A DNA stretch of 64,000 bases from a bacterium (GTDB taxonomy: Bacteria > SAR324 > NAC60-12), in the NCBI GenBank assembly GCA_965233585.1, contig CBDDTI010000295.1, positions 192,418 to 256,417 of the forward strand, read 5' to 3'. The notes beneath the pieces are model-generated. The model ran no database searches. It had not been told where the DNA came from and saw only the letters and a list, made by a program, of their open reading frames with translations. Both the position numbers and the translations under genes were made by a program. Below are positions 37,180 through 47,865 of this stretch, piece after piece (the first letter of the stretch is position 1; each line of letters begins with the position of its first letter).

Positions 37180-40100
37180 CTACCGCCCCAACTGATAAAG
37201 GCTTTGCACTTCCTGCTCACTCAAAGCCCGATTGTAAATGCGAACATCATCAATTTTTCCATTCCATCGTTTGCCTTGATGATTGGGAGGTGTGTTTTCA
37301 CCAATGATCAGATCAACTCCAGTCAAATTGGCTGTTTGACTGGGAAGTGTGCTGAACGAACAAGAATCAAAAGCAATAAAATCCTTGTTGAGGTAAACCT
37401 TCATTTGACTACCATCATAAGTGAACACAAAATGAAACCATTGTTGAGCAGAGACGAAACTGCTGTAATTGATGCGGCAGTATCCTCCTTGTCCATTGTT
37501 AGTAATATAGACAAATAAGAAGCCATCATCCCAAGTTCTCGCTCTAATCATATTAGGATGAGAACTCATTTTACTGAACATGCCACCTTTAACATACATC
37601 TGTTTCTGATAAAACCAGCCACTCATAGTGAACTGCGAAGCATTATTCAAATCGCTAACATCTCCCACATTGATATGTTGAGTGTTCCCATCAAAACTCG
37701 CTGCCTTTCCAATTTTCCCACTGGAATAGCTCACGCCACCCTTGGCTGTACCATGATTGCCATTGCCAGAGCTATCTTGTGCGTCGCCTTCAAATTCGTA
37801 ATGAGCAACTAAGCCATTGGTGGGAGCTTTAGGATGAGAACCAAATGCCCAAACATCGTTTCTGTGAGAACCGTCATATCCGCCCAGCACCCAGATTTTG
37901 TTTTTGAAGACAATGCTTTCGTACATGTAACGTTTTGACCATCCCGTATTATCGTTAGCTTTAATTTGCTTCCAAGTTTGACCATCGCTACTGCTCCAAA
38001 CATCATTTCTGGCATTGCTGCTACCCAAAGCTCCTCCCATTATCCACAGCTTGTCGCCAAACACAACGCTGGCATGGCTATTACGTTTTGACCATCCTGT
38101 ATTATTGTTAGCTTTGATTTGCTTCCAAGTTTGACCATCGCTACTGCTCCAAACATCATTTCTGGCATTGCTCCCACCAGAAGTTCCCCCCATGACCCAG
38201 ATTTTGCCATCAAACACAACGCTAGTGTGGTCATGGCGACCAGCCCAACCTGCTGAACCTGTGACTCTTGTCCAAGTTTGACCATTTCTACTGTTCCAAA
38301 CATCGTTGAGAGTACCAGAAGAGTTGCAACATCCGCCAATGACCCAGATTTTGCCATCAAACACAACGCTAGTATGTCCCCAACGTTTTGACCAATCTGA
38401 ATTGCTAGTTTCTTGTGTCCAAGTTTGGCCATCGCTACTGTTCCAAACATCGTTGAAGGGACCACCTCCGATAACCCACAGCTTGTTTTTAAAGACTATG
38501 TTGGTGTGACGATTTCTTTTGGAGAAAAACTGATTATTATTGGCTTTGACTTCAGTCCAATTCACACCATCAGAAGAACTCCACACATCATTTCTGTCAG
38601 AACCATCGCTTCCTCCGATAACCCAGATTTTTTTGTCAAAGATAATGCTTCTTTGCCCAGATCTTTTTGACCAACCGTTGTTGTCATTGGGTTTGACTTG
38701 CTTCCAAGTGTATTTGGAAGGGGGACCAAATGCCCAAACATCGTTTCTGTAGCTTCCATCATATCCCCCCATGACCCAGATTTTGCCACCAAACACGATG
38801 CTAGTATGAACATTCCTTGCAGGCCATTCTGCTAAACCAGTCTCTTTTGTCCAATTCTTGCCATCAGAAGAACTCCACACATCATTTTTTCTGACATTTC
38901 CATTATCATTTCCCCCTAGTACCCACATCTTGCCATTGAACACGACACTGCTGTGCGAATCCCTTGCGGGCCAGGCTGAACCAGTTTCTTTTGTCCAATT
39001 CTTGCCATCAGAAGAACTCCAGACATCGCTTGTGTCAACTGCACCATGACCATCTCCTCCCATGACCCAGATTTTGCCGTTAAACACGACACTGCTGTGC
39101 AAAACCCTTGTTGACCAGCCCGCATTGTCAGTGGCTTTCGTCCAATTCTTTCCATCGGAAGAACTCCAGACATCATTTTTTCTGACACCTCCATCGTCTC
39201 CTCCTATCACCCAGATTTTGCTGTTAAACACGACACTTGTATGTTCCCTACGTGCTGACCATTGTGCATTGTCAGTTTCTTTTGTCCAATTCTTTCCATC
39301 GGAAGAACTCCAGACATCATTTTTTCTGGCACCTCCATCGTTTCCTCCTATCACCCAGATTTTGTCATTGAACACGACGCTTGTATGGTCTTGACGCCGA
39401 GACCATTGTGTATTGTCAGTGACTTTTGTCCAGTTGATTCCATCAGAAGAACTCCAGACATCTTTTTTTGAGCTTGTAGTAGCTCCCCCAATGATCCACA
39501 TCTTGTCTTTAAACACAACACTTGTGTGACGGTCACGAACAGGCCAGCCTTGATTATTGTTGGCTTTGATTTGCTTCCAAGTGTATTTTGAGATGTCATT
39601 GGAGGCAGCAGAAGAGTCTGGAAAGTTGACTTGGTCAATCCAAACGGCATCGCTTCCTCCGCTTACGTGGTCGTCTTTCTGGTAGCACCATTTGAAGGTG
39701 TGACTTCCAGCCGAGACAGCATAGCTGGCTTGTGTCCAGCCGATGTTTCCACTTTTGCCACCTAGCTTTTCAGCAGAGTTGATGTAGAAGAAGAGTTTGT
39801 CATACCTTTGTTCTGAACTCACTTTGTAGTGAAACTTGATTTGTCCGTCAGAAACGGTTTGAGTCGTTTGGACACAAGTTTCTTGATTGTTCCCAATGTT
39901 TGCAGACTTGAGGCTTTTGGAAGTGTTGTTTGCCCCGCCAGAGACAACAGACCAGTTGCCACTCAAACCACTAGGCTTGTTGCCATCGTCAAAGTTCCAA
40001 GTGAGTGCTTGGCTGACAGAGGGAGCTTTTTGAGCGATGTCTTGGTCATAGCAAGCCCAGTCTGAAGCAGGAGTATTGCCTGATGCTTTGACACGGACGC

Positions 40101-41082
40101 ACAGCTTGTCTTTGGCAATGGCATCATCACCAAAACTAAAGGGGCTGGTGCAGTTGGTTTTTGTGGTGCCTGCATCTTTGGAACATTCATAGCTGTTGCC
40201 TGAAGTCATCATAAAGGTCAGGCTTCTGGCAGACACAGCAAGCGAAGTTGGTGCATTGGGTGCAGTGCTGACAGCGGTGCTTGTCTGGTAAGGACTCCAA
40301 TCTCCGTCATCGTCTTTGGTACGAATGCGGAAAGTGTAGCTGGTGGCAGGTTGAAGGGATTGAAAGGTGTAGGTCGTGTTGGCTGTCGTACTTGTGCCTG
40401 ACCAGAATCCATTGCCTATTTTGTAGGAGACTTCATAGCCTGAAATGCTACCGTCAGAGTCTGTGGCTGCAGTCCATGAGACTTTGATGCTGTCTGCAGT
40501 GACATCGCTGGTGCTGATGTTGCTCGGTTTTTCAGGTGGTTTGTTGGCAGCATAAGAGTCTGGAAAGTTGACTTCGTCAATCCAAGCGGCATCGCTTCCT
40601 CCGCTTACGTGGTCGTCTTTCTGGTAGCACCATTTGAAGGTGTGACTTCCAGCCGAGACAGCATAGCTGGCTTGTGTCCAGCCGATGTTTCCACTTTTGC
40701 CACCTAGCTTTTCAGCAGAGTCAATGTAGAAGAAGAGTTCGTCATAATTTTGTTCTGAACTGACTTTGTATTGAAATTCTACGTTTCCAGCCGAGACATT
40801 GCGTGTGGTTTGGACGCAGGTTTGTTGATTGTTGCCAATGTTTGCAGACTTGAGGCTTTTGGAAGTGTTGTTTGCCCCGCCAGAGACAACAGACCAGTTG
40901 CCTGTTAAGCCATTTGGCTTATTGCCGTTGTCAAAGTTCCAAGTGCCTGCTTGGCTGACTTCGTTTTCTTCTTCTGAAAATTTTGAAAAACCTGAAGTTT
41001 CTGAAGTGTTGAGATTATCCCAGTTACAACCACCGAAGACTAGCACGATTAAAAACGAATAGATGAAAAATTTCATGTTCAT
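37180..41082 (-). CDS. Large surface lipoprotein: duplicated beta-sandwich domain, FN3, two 6-blade Kelch-like propellers, C-terminal LamG
   Basis: Start MNMKFF (41082 or 41076) with lipobox FGGC; 12 repeats H.SVVF..KIWV.GG...NDVWSSSDG..W; LVAHYEFEG...WNGKIDDVRIYNRALS LamG signature. Confidence 0.85.
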   Translation of the reverse strand: MNMKFFIYSFLIVLVFGGCNWDNLNTSETSGFSKFSEEENEVSQAGTWNFDNGNKPNGLTGNWSVVSGGANNTSKSLKSANIGNNQQTCVQTTRNVSAGNVEFQYKVSSEQNYDELFFYIDSAEKLGGKSGNIGWTQASYAVSAGSHTFKWCYQKDDHVSGGSDAAWIDEVNFPDSYAANKPPEKPSNISTSDVTADSIKVSWTAATDSDGSISGYEVSYKIGNGFWSGTSTTANTTYTFQSLQPATSYTFRIRTKDDDGDWSPYQTSTAVSTAPNAPTSLAVSARSLTFMMTSGNSYECSKDAGTTKTNCTSPFSFGDDAIAKDKLCVRVKASGNTPASDWACYDQDIAQKAPSVSQALTWNFDDGNKPSGLSGNWSVVSGGANNTSKSLKSANIGNNQETCVQTTQTVSDGQIKFHYKVSSEQRYDKLFFYINSAEKLGGKSGNIGWTQASYAVSAGSHTFKWCYQKDDHVSGGSDAVWIDQVNFPDSSAASNDISKYTWKQIKANNNQGWPVRDRHTSVVFKDKMWIIGGATTSSKKDVWSSSDGINWTKVTDNTQWSRRQDHTSVVFNDKIWVIGGNDGGARKNDVWSSSDGKNWTKETDNAQWSARREHTSVVFNSKIWVIGGDDGGVRKNDVWSSSDGKNWTKATDNAGWSTRVLHSSVVFNGKIWVMGGDGHGAVDTSDVWSSSDGKNWTKETGSAWPARDSHSSVVFNGKMWVLGGNDNGNVRKNDVWSSSDGKNWTKETGLAEWPARNVHTSIVFGGKIWVMGGYDGSYRNDVWAFGPPSKYTWKQVKPNDNNGWSKRSGQRSIIFDKKIWVIGGSDGSDRNDVWSSSDGVNWTEVKANNNQFFSKRNRHTNIVFKNKLWVIGGGPFNDVWNSSDGQTWTQETSNSDWSKRWGHTSVVFDGKIWVIGGCCNSSGTLNDVWNSRNGQTWTRVTGSAGWAGRHDHTSVVFDGKIWVMGGTSGGSNARNDVWSSSDGQTWKQIKANNNTGWSKRNSHASVVFGDKLWIMGGALGSSNARNDVWSSSDGQTWKQIKANDNTGWSKRYMYESIVFKNKIWVLGGYDGSHRNDVWAFGSHPKAPTNGLVAHYEFEGDAQDSSGNGNHGTAKGGVSYSSGKIGKAASFDGNTQHINVGDVSDLNNASQFTMSGWFYQKQMYVKGGMFSKMSSHPNMIRARTWDDGFLFVYITNNGQGGYCRINYSSFVSAQQWFHFVFTYDGSQMKVYLNKDFIAFDSCSFSTLPSQTANLTGVDLIIGENTPPNHQGKRWNGKIDDVRIYNRALSEQEVQSLYQLGR

Positions 41083-41191
41083 TGTGTTGTTTTGAATTAA
41101 AAATTTAAAGAAGCAAAAGATGTTTGTGCACATTCCCCTCTCTACATTCTCTTGCAGTCTAGCACAGGTACAAAAAAACACAAGACTAATC

Positions 41192-41951
41192 GGTATTGTT
41201 AAACTATAAGTGATATGCGATATTAAGTTCATTTAATTGAATTGATAGTCATGGTGTAGCAATGAAGTCGTGTCCTAGATGTGAAAGTGAGAAGACGGTT
41301 AAGAATGGTTTTTTATATGGTAAACCGAGGAGGCGTTGCAATGCCTGCAACTATCAATATACCAAGTCCTATCGTGGTCAAATCTCACCACAGATCAAAA
41401 GAAGAGCATTAGAGTTGTATTTGGAGGGTCTTGGTTTCAGGTCAATCGGTCGTTTGCTGAATTGTTCTCATGTTTCAGTTTATAATTGGGTCTGTAGTTT
41501 TGGCGAACAGCTCAAGGCATTAAGAAAGGACACAGACATTGAAATTATGGAAATTGATGAAATGCACACCTACATCCAGTCAAAAAAAACTACTGCTGGC
41601 TCTGGATTGCTGTTGATAGATGTGGGAAGCAATTTATCAATTGTGTGCTTGGAAACAGAGACTCAAAAGCCTGTAGGCATTTATGGGACAAGGTCAAGGA
41701 AACAAAACCTCTTCAGGTGATGACTGATCACTGCAAGGCTTACAAACAAGTCATTCCCAAAGAAATTCATACATGTTCCAAGGCAGAAACATACACGATA
41801 GAAGGGTATAATTCTCTCTTGAGACATTTCTTGGCAAGAATGAGAAGGAAAACCAAATGTTACAGCAAGTCTCTTAAAGCATTACAATATTCTGTTCTTT
41901 TGTTCATGGCAAAACGGAATAATCAGCTATCACTTATTACTTAACAATGCC
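41192..41951 (+). mobile_element. IS1-family insertion sequence, copy 2 (760 bp)
   Basis: Same terminal inverted repeats as copy 1, opposite orientation; InsA zinc finger CPRC...CNAC and HTH. Confidence 0.95.
41262..41944 (+). CDS. IS1 transposase InsAB (programmed -1 frameshift)
   Basis: insA 41262..41720; slippery A8C at 41582-41590 leads into KNYCWLWIAVDR...TD...IEGYNSLLRH (DDE domain). Confidence 0.85.
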
Positions 41952-42386
41952 ATAGTTTTTTGTTTTTGCAAAGACAAAAAATGGTTCTGTTGCCTGTATC
42001 AATTTTCTTTGATCTTGCCTCGGAGTAGGATTAGGCTTATTCCAAGTGATTTGATTCACAAGAAAAATTTTTTCTTTTTCTAAAACTTGGATTGCAAACT
42101 TGAAGGGTATTAGAAGTAAACCTCCATTGATATATTTATCTCCAACATTAAAAACAATAATCCCAGTTTTTTTAATCACTCTTACGCACTCATGAAAAAC
42201 CTTGAACAGATTCTCTAGGTATTCTTCTTCTGTTTTTTCACTTCCAATCTCACTTGTTCCATTACCATAATCTCTCTGTTGAAAGTAGGGAGGAGAGGTG
42301 ACAATTAAATCAATAGAATCATCTGGAATCTGTTTTAAAATAGTTAAACTATCTTCATAGATAACTTGATTGATCAAATCTTTCAT
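41952..42386 (-). pseudogene. N4-C/N6-A DNA methyltransferase, truncated by IS1
   Basis: TSPPY is present but the SAM-binding motif I is absent; the frame runs into the IS1 inverted repeat (GIVK*). Confidence 0.85.
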
Positions 42387-43177
42387 TCTTCATTTTTTGA
42401 AAATAAATCTGGCATGACATGCTTCAATCGTTTTTCTGCAATGGCAACGTAGTCTTGAGAGATTTCAGAACCTATCCATTTTCTATTGAGTAAGTTTGCA
42501 ATTTTTGCAGTCGTTCCACTTCCCATAAAGGGATCATAAACAAGGTCATTTTCATTGCTCCAAGTTTGCATTTGATCTATAACTAATTGTTCAGGAAAAA
42601 TGGCAGGATGCTGATAAGCAATTTTGTCTTTAGTAGAAATACCTCCTCCAATGGAATAAAAGAATACATTACCTACTTTTTTGGCTTGAGTTCGTTCTAT
42701 TTTTTCATATTCTAAACTTCCATTTTGCCCCCTGTTTTTCATATTGGCTAATCCTCTGTATTTAGTCGGTTCTGTGATAGGGTTAAAAGTTTTGGGAGTT
42801 CCCTTAGAAAAGGCAAACATATATTCAAAATGTTGATGGTATCTTTTGCCAGTTTGTGGCATGGGGTTGTTCTTATAATAAATCATAGTGTCATGCAATC
42901 TAAAACCAATTTCTTTAAAAGAAAGAGCTTGCTTAAAAGACGTTCCTGTCTCACTGCCACCAATAGTCGCATCACCCACTACCCAAATCATCACCCCTCC
43001 TTTTTTTAAAACTCTCAATAATTCTTCTGCAATCTCTTGAAATTGAAAGGAATAACCGTTGTATTTTCTAATTTCATCATAAGGAGGAGAGGTGATGATA
43101 AAATCCATGAAATCATCTGGCATTTGAGCCATTGTTTTTAAACAATTTTCTGGATAGATTTGATTAATCTTGACCAT
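42383..43177 (-). CDS. Site-specific DNA methyltransferase, beta class (N4-C/N6-A)
   Basis: [20 protein letters not shown] in beta-class order. Confidence 0.92.
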   Translation of the reverse strand: MVKINQIYPENCLKTMAQMPDDFMDFIITSPPYDEIRKYNGYSFQFQEIAEELLRVLKKGGVMIWVVGDATIGGSETGTSFKQALSFKEIGFRLHDTMIYYKNNPMPQTGKRYHQHFEYMFAFSKGTPKTFNPITEPTKYRGLANMKNRGQNGSLEYEKIERTQAKKVGNVFFYSIGGGISTKDKIAYQHPAIFPEQLVIDQMQTWSNENDLVYDPFMGSGTTAKIANLLNRKWIGSEISQDYVAIAEKRLKHVMPDLFSKNEE

Positions 43178-44216
43178 GAAGTATTGCTTCTCTATCTAAT
43201 AAATCCAGTTGGTTAGATTGATGAGGTAATGCCAAGCCAAGATGCTCATAGGCTCTTGGTAAAACAACCCTTCCTCTTGGCGTGCGCTGCAAAAATCCTA
43301 TCAAAAGCAAATAAGGCTCATAGACATCTTCCAAAGTATCTGCTTCTTCAGACACTGCAGCAGCAATAGAATTGAGTCCGACAGGTCCACCTCCAAACTT
43401 CTCAATCATTGTTCTTAAAATCAGCTGATCCATTCGGTCTAACCCCAATGAATCTACATTGAGACGATTCAAACTTTTGCTTATCAAAGAAGCCGTCATC
43501 GTCTCTAACCCTGCAACCTCTGCAAAATCACGGCATCGTTTTAAAAGACGATTGGCAATGCGGGGAGTTCCACGAGACCTTTTAGCAAGTTCTAAAGCGG
43601 CTTCTTGTTCTATGGGAAATCGTAATTGATTTGCAGAACGAAGCACAATTTGACATAGCTCTTCAGGGGTATAAAACTCTAAACGGCACGGAATGCCAAA
43701 TCGGTCTCGCAAAGGAGTTGAAAGTAAACCAGCACGTGTGGTGGCACCAACCAATGTAAAATGTGCTAAATCCAGTTTCACAGTGCGTGCAGAGGGTCCT
43801 TGTCCTATCAAAATATCCAACTTAAAATCTTCCATTGCAGAATAAAGGACTTCTTCTACAACACGGTTCATGCGGTGGATTTCATCAATGAACAACAGGC
43901 TTTTGGGCTTCAGATTGGTGAGAATGGCAGCTAAGTCACCTTGCCTCTCAATCACAGGTCCTGATGTTGGATAAATCTCAACTTCTAGTTCATTAGCAAG
44001 GATTGTAGCCAATGTCGTTTTACCTAAGCCCGGTGGTCCACTGAACAAAACATGATCAAGAGAGGTTCCTCGTTTTTTTGCCGCTTGAATAAAAATGCTC
44101 AAATTGTCTTTCACTTCAGATTGCCCAATGTATTCACAGAGACGGAGAGGTCGTAGAGAAGGCTCGTGAACATCTGCTTCAAGGTGATGCTGATCTACAT
44201 CTCGTGGAAAGTCCAT
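43164..44216 (-). CDS. ruvB: Holliday junction branch migration helicase RuvB
   Basis: [40 protein letters not shown]. Confidence 0.98.
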   Translation of the reverse strand: MDFPRDVDQHHLEADVHEPSLRPLRLCEYIGQSEVKDNLSIFIQAAKKRGTSLDHVLFSGPPGLGKTTLATILANELEVEIYPTSGPVIERQGDLAAILTNLKPKSLLFIDEIHRMNRVVEEVLYSAMEDFKLDILIGQGPSARTVKLDLAHFTLVGATTRAGLLSTPLRDRFGIPCRLEFYTPEELCQIVLRSANQLRFPIEQEAALELAKRSRGTPRIANRLLKRCRDFAEVAGLETMTASLISKSLNRLNVDSLGLDRMDQLILRTMIEKFGGGPVGLNSIAAAVSEEADTLEDVYEPYLLLIGFLQRTPRGRVVLPRAYEHLGLALPHQSNQLDLLDREAILHGQD

Positions 44217-44225
44217 AAATGTTTG

Positions 44226-45710
44226 CTATTGGAGAGGTGGAAGTTCTTGCGCCGCCTCTTGTGAACTGATGCGCCATGTCCACAAAGGAGAAATGATGTA
44301 AATGGCTCCGTATAAAAAAGCTCCATAACCAAGATAGGGGGTGAACACAAGACCAATCAATAGAAGTAATGTCAAAATCCCCCAAGAAGGCTTTCTGCTG
44401 AACAACCGCCCAATATGCAGATAACGGATAGAATAAAGGTTCATCAACACCCCTGCAAACACTAGCACGCCAGCACAAAACAGCCCAAAAGATTCTAAAT
44501 AAGCAAACTGACTTTGACTTAATTGTTGCAGAATAATCAAAGGAGGAGTCACAAATAATGCAGCACCCGGTGTAGGAATCCCTTTGAAAAAACCGGGTAT
44601 GGGGTGGCGGTCTAGTGTAAAACAGACAAGACGTGTAATACCAGAAATGACGTAAAAACAGACCAAAAAAATCAACAAATATTGGGGAATGAGGTCTGTT
44701 ACAAAAAATCTCATTCCCAGATAAAAAATCAATGCAGGAGCAATGGCGAAGCTCAGCATGTCAGAAATATCATCTAAAATACTACCCACCGTCAATCGTT
44801 TAGAAGGGTCAAGAGGTTGATCCACTCCAAATTTTCTTGCTAAAGCCCCATCAAGTTTGTCAAAGATTGCCGCACCAATGAGAATGATGTACGCCTCCCG
44901 AAACATGTTTTGATAAGCAAAAATGACTGCTAAAGCTCCCATCATGCCATTCATCACACTTAAAGCATTTGGAAAAAAAGACAAAATCTGATGCCTTAGT
45001 GAATCATCTCCAAAACACAATTCATCTAAAAAATACCCTCCGTATTTACGGCAATATAAAGTCATTGAACCAAAATTGATGACTAAGAATGCGATTTCAA
45101 CAAAAAATAAAACTCGCAGAGGAATGTCAGAAAATTGACCTAAAAACTCAATTTGGTAAGTGTACCAAGACAAAGGCTCAAAGGCATAGCCGTACAATAG
45201 CACAACAATTGGGGAAGCAACTAAAGTTCGCAAACGTGTGATTTCTCGCTGTTCTTCAGGTTCTCCTCGTTTGATTGAAAAATTACGCATGAAGTGGGCA
45301 AAGTGGTCTCTCATCAAAACTACAATGCACAGAATCAAAACAAACAACGCATGAAAAATCTCTGCATTAGAAACTGAAGGACTGATCAAATGAAGCCTCC
45401 AAAACATTCCAGCAGCAACCAATGGAAAAGCGATTGAATACACTAATTTATTCATAATTCGCTCAGCCAAAGACGCCAGTTTCATTTTGGGATAAATGCG
45501 AGAAGCAAACCAGCTATTCGCAAAATCAAAGCACATGGAAGTGACAAGGCAAAGCACCCCCAATGTATAAAACAACGTGTTTTCATAGAACATCAAAAGC
45601 CCTGCAAAAACCATTGCAAAGAAGGCAAGAGGAGGTCTACTGTAAACTAAAATGATTGCAAGAGACCTTTGCAAACGAACTGTTGCAGAATGGGGGGATT
45701 TTTCATTCAT
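44226..45710 (-). CDS. Two-domain CDP-alcohol phosphatidyltransferase (PssA-like C-terminal domain)
   Basis: C-terminal FDKLDGALARK...GSILDDISD and FFKGIPTP; degenerate N-terminal copy; ATGA overlap with pyrB. Confidence 0.75.
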   Translation of the reverse strand: MNEKSPHSATVRLQRSLAIILVYSRPPLAFFAMVFAGLLMFYENTLFYTLGVLCLVTSMCFDFANSWFASRIYPKMKLASLAERIMNKLVYSIAFPLVAAGMFWRLHLISPSVSNAEIFHALFVLILCIVVLMRDHFAHFMRNFSIKRGEPEEQREITRLRTLVASPIVVLLYGYAFEPLSWYTYQIEFLGQFSDIPLRVLFFVEIAFLVINFGSMTLYCRKYGGYFLDELCFGDDSLRHQILSFFPNALSVMNGMMGALAVIFAYQNMFREAYIILIGAAIFDKLDGALARKFGVDQPLDPSKRLTVGSILDDISDMLSFAIAPALIFYLGMRFFVTDLIPQYLLIFLVCFYVISGITRLVCFTLDRHPIPGFFKGIPTPGAALFVTPPLIILQQLSQSQFAYLESFGLFCAGVLVFAGVLMNLYSIRYLHIGRLFSRKPSWGILTLLLLIGLVFTPYLGYGAFLYGAIYIISPLWTWRISSQEAAQELPPLQ

Positions 45711-46768
45711 TGAGGGGAAAAGGCTTGAAGCCTTTTTTCTTGTTGGAAGAGATACAGCAGTAATGCCGCTCTGACATACATGCCGTTGCTCACTTGTTCC
45801 CAATACTTTGCCCTTGGGTCAAAATCAATGGCAGGGTCAATTTCTTGGCGACGTGGCAAGGGGTGCATAATGATTGACTCTTGTTTCATCAAAGCAACAC
45901 GTTCTGGCGTCAAATGAAATTCAGAGTCATCAAACTCTTTGGACTCTGAAAACTGGTCATATTCGTCTTGTACACGGGTCATGTACACACAATCTGATGT
46001 AGGAAGAACCTCCTTTAAAGAAGTTGTCTTATGCACAGGAATTTTAAGTTTTTTAAGGTGGTCTTCTAGGTCAGGTTCTATTTGAAACTTTTCGGGAGCG
46101 ACCATGAACATTTCTATCTCTTCAAATTGAGAGAGTAAGTAGATGATAGAGCGTGCAGCACGTCCACGCCAGAGGTCTCCAACAAAACAATATTTTTTAC
46201 CAGAAACTCCCCCCATTTCCTTAAAGGACTGGTGAATCGTATAGGCATCAAGCAATGCTTGTGTGGGGTGCTGGTCTTGTCCACTGCCTCCATTGATGAC
46301 CACAATATTCTCTCCCCATTGTTTCATAAGGTAAGCAATGTATTCAGACAAACCGGGCTGAGGCGTTCGCATCACCATCACATCAGAGTATTTCCCCATC
46401 ACGCGCAAGCCATCTTCTATGGTTTCTCCCTTGATCTCAGAAGAAAGGTTTGGATCGCGGACTTCTGAAACCATCATGCCAACCATTTGCATCGCATTGG
46501 TAAAAGAAAGAAATGTCCTTGTTGAAGGCTGTGTAAAATACAGCATGCCCCTTTTAGAGTATAGCAGTGTCGTCAAGAACTTAGAACCTTCTTGGGTTTT
46601 CGTCATCTCACGCACTTGATCTGTCAATTCAAAAATGGTCTGCAAAAAGTCTAAAGAAAATTGTTGCGACACCATAATTCCAAGAATCCTACCATCTTTT
46701 TGGTAATAAGACAGACGTTCTCGCAATGGACGATTCAGATACTCTTGGAAAGTGTCTAGTGAAGGCAT
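45707..46768 (-). CDS. pyrB: Aspartate carbamoyltransferase catalytic subunit
   Basis: PSTRTFLSF, HPTQALLD, YMTRVQ, MHPLPR. Confidence 0.92.
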   Translation of the reverse strand: MPSLDTFQEYLNRPLRERLSYYQKDGRILGIMVSQQFSLDFLQTIFELTDQVREMTKTQEGSKFLTTLLYSKRGMLYFTQPSTRTFLSFTNAMQMVGMMVSEVRDPNLSSEIKGETIEDGLRVMGKYSDVMVMRTPQPGLSEYIAYLMKQWGENIVVINGGSGQDQHPTQALLDAYTIHQSFKEMGGVSGKKYCFVGDLWRGRAARSIIYLLSQFEEIEMFMVAPEKFQIEPDLEDHLKKLKIPVHKTTSLKEVLPTSDCVYMTRVQDEYDQFSESKEFDDSEFHLTPERVALMKQESIIMHPLPRRQEIDPAIDFDPRAKYWEQVSNGMYVRAALLLYLFQQEKRLQAFSPQ

Positions 46769-46815
46769 GTTATCGTTTGAAATAATAATTGCGCAATGGG
46801 ACTGATCATTTCAAT

Positions 46816-47805
46816 TTATTTTCTTTGGAATTGATACGGACTGGGGGCATTGATTTTATTTAAATTTTCTATTTCTTGACCATAGTTTTTAATCTGTTGA
46901 ACTATGTCTAATCCCACATTTTTTGACCACTGGTCAAGGAGTTTCTGCGTGATACTTCCCATTTTCCCATTTCCAATAGGTAAGCCGTTGAGATGAGTCG
47001 TTGGAAGAATACAAAATGGTGTGCCTGTCAAAAAGGCTTCATCGGCTTGGTACACATCGTACGGCTCAATATTTTTTTCAAAACAAGGAATTTTCATTTG
47101 TTCGGCTAATTCAAAGATATAATCTCGGCTAATTCCTCTTAAAACATTCCTGCCTTCCGGTGTCAAAATTTGATCATCTTTGACCATAAAAAAATTATCA
47201 CCTGTGCCTTCTGCAATAAACCCATCAGGATCAACCAGCAATGCCCAATTGTTCTCTCCTTTCATTTGAGACACTTCAATATTTGCCATCTGATACCATA
47301 TACGGCTACGATTTTTAATTTTAGGATCCATCAAGGATGCAGGAATCGCAAGTTGTGAAGGAATTACAGAGTTAATGCCAACATCATAAAATTTAGCTAG
47401 ACTAGCAACTGTAAATTTCAAAGGGAAATCTGCAACCACTACAGTCGGTTCAAGTCTATTATCAAAAATTGGAGCATAAATTCCCAGAGGTCCACGGCTC
47501 ACATTGATCATTAAGCGATGCTCATCATCTTTTTCAAAAAGATGGTCATTTCTTTCAATCGTTTCATAGCAAACCTCCTCCAGTTGCTCCATAGACATTT
47601 GTAAGGGTATTCTTAAAATTTTTAACCCTGCAGCAAGGCGATTTAAGTGTTCTTTGAGCTTAAATTGTGTTTTGTTAAAAGAACGCGTCATTTCAAATAC
47701 CATGTCTCCAAACATCAAAGCTGAATCATAAATAGAAATTTTAGCATCAGCTTCTGCTACAAATTTTCCATTCATATAGACAACACGACCATTTGTTTTG
47801 TTCAT
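46816..47805 (-). CDS. Class IV (branched-chain-type) PLP aminotransferase
   Basis: AKISIYDSALMFGDMVFE, AEGTGDNFF, LRGISR, ADEAFLTGT. Confidence 0.88.
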   Translation of the reverse strand: MNKTNGRVVYMNGKFVAEADAKISIYDSALMFGDMVFEMTRSFNKTQFKLKEHLNRLAAGLKILRIPLQMSMEQLEEVCYETIERNDHLFEKDDEHRLMINVSRGPLGIYAPIFDNRLEPTVVVADFPLKFTVASLAKFYDVGINSVIPSQLAIPASLMDPKIKNRSRIWYQMANIEVSQMKGENNWALLVDPDGFIAEGTGDNFFMVKDDQILTPEGRNVLRGISRDYIFELAEQMKIPCFEKNIEPYDVYQADEAFLTGTPFCILPTTHLNGLPIGNGKMGSITQKLLDQWSKNVGLDIVQQIKNYGQEIENLNKINAPSPYQFQRK

Positions 47806-47865
47806 TTTTACCTTTTAGATGATACTTGAATAAATAATCATTTGTAGATTTGAATTCTATTTTTT

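Noticed and set aside
37180..41082. Diversity-generating retroelement TR/VR pair
   Set aside because: No reverse transcriptase in the window; both copies are in-frame domains and their differences are not adenine-specific.
27222..41082. Type I secretion system exporting the neighbouring adhesins
   Set aside because: The inner-membrane partner is an RND permease, not an ABC exporter, and both adhesins have Sec lipoprotein signals.
41083..41232. N-terminal 50 aa of the 1350-aa ORF
   Set aside because: It begins inside the IS1 end; the lipoprotein signal peptide starts at 41082/41076.
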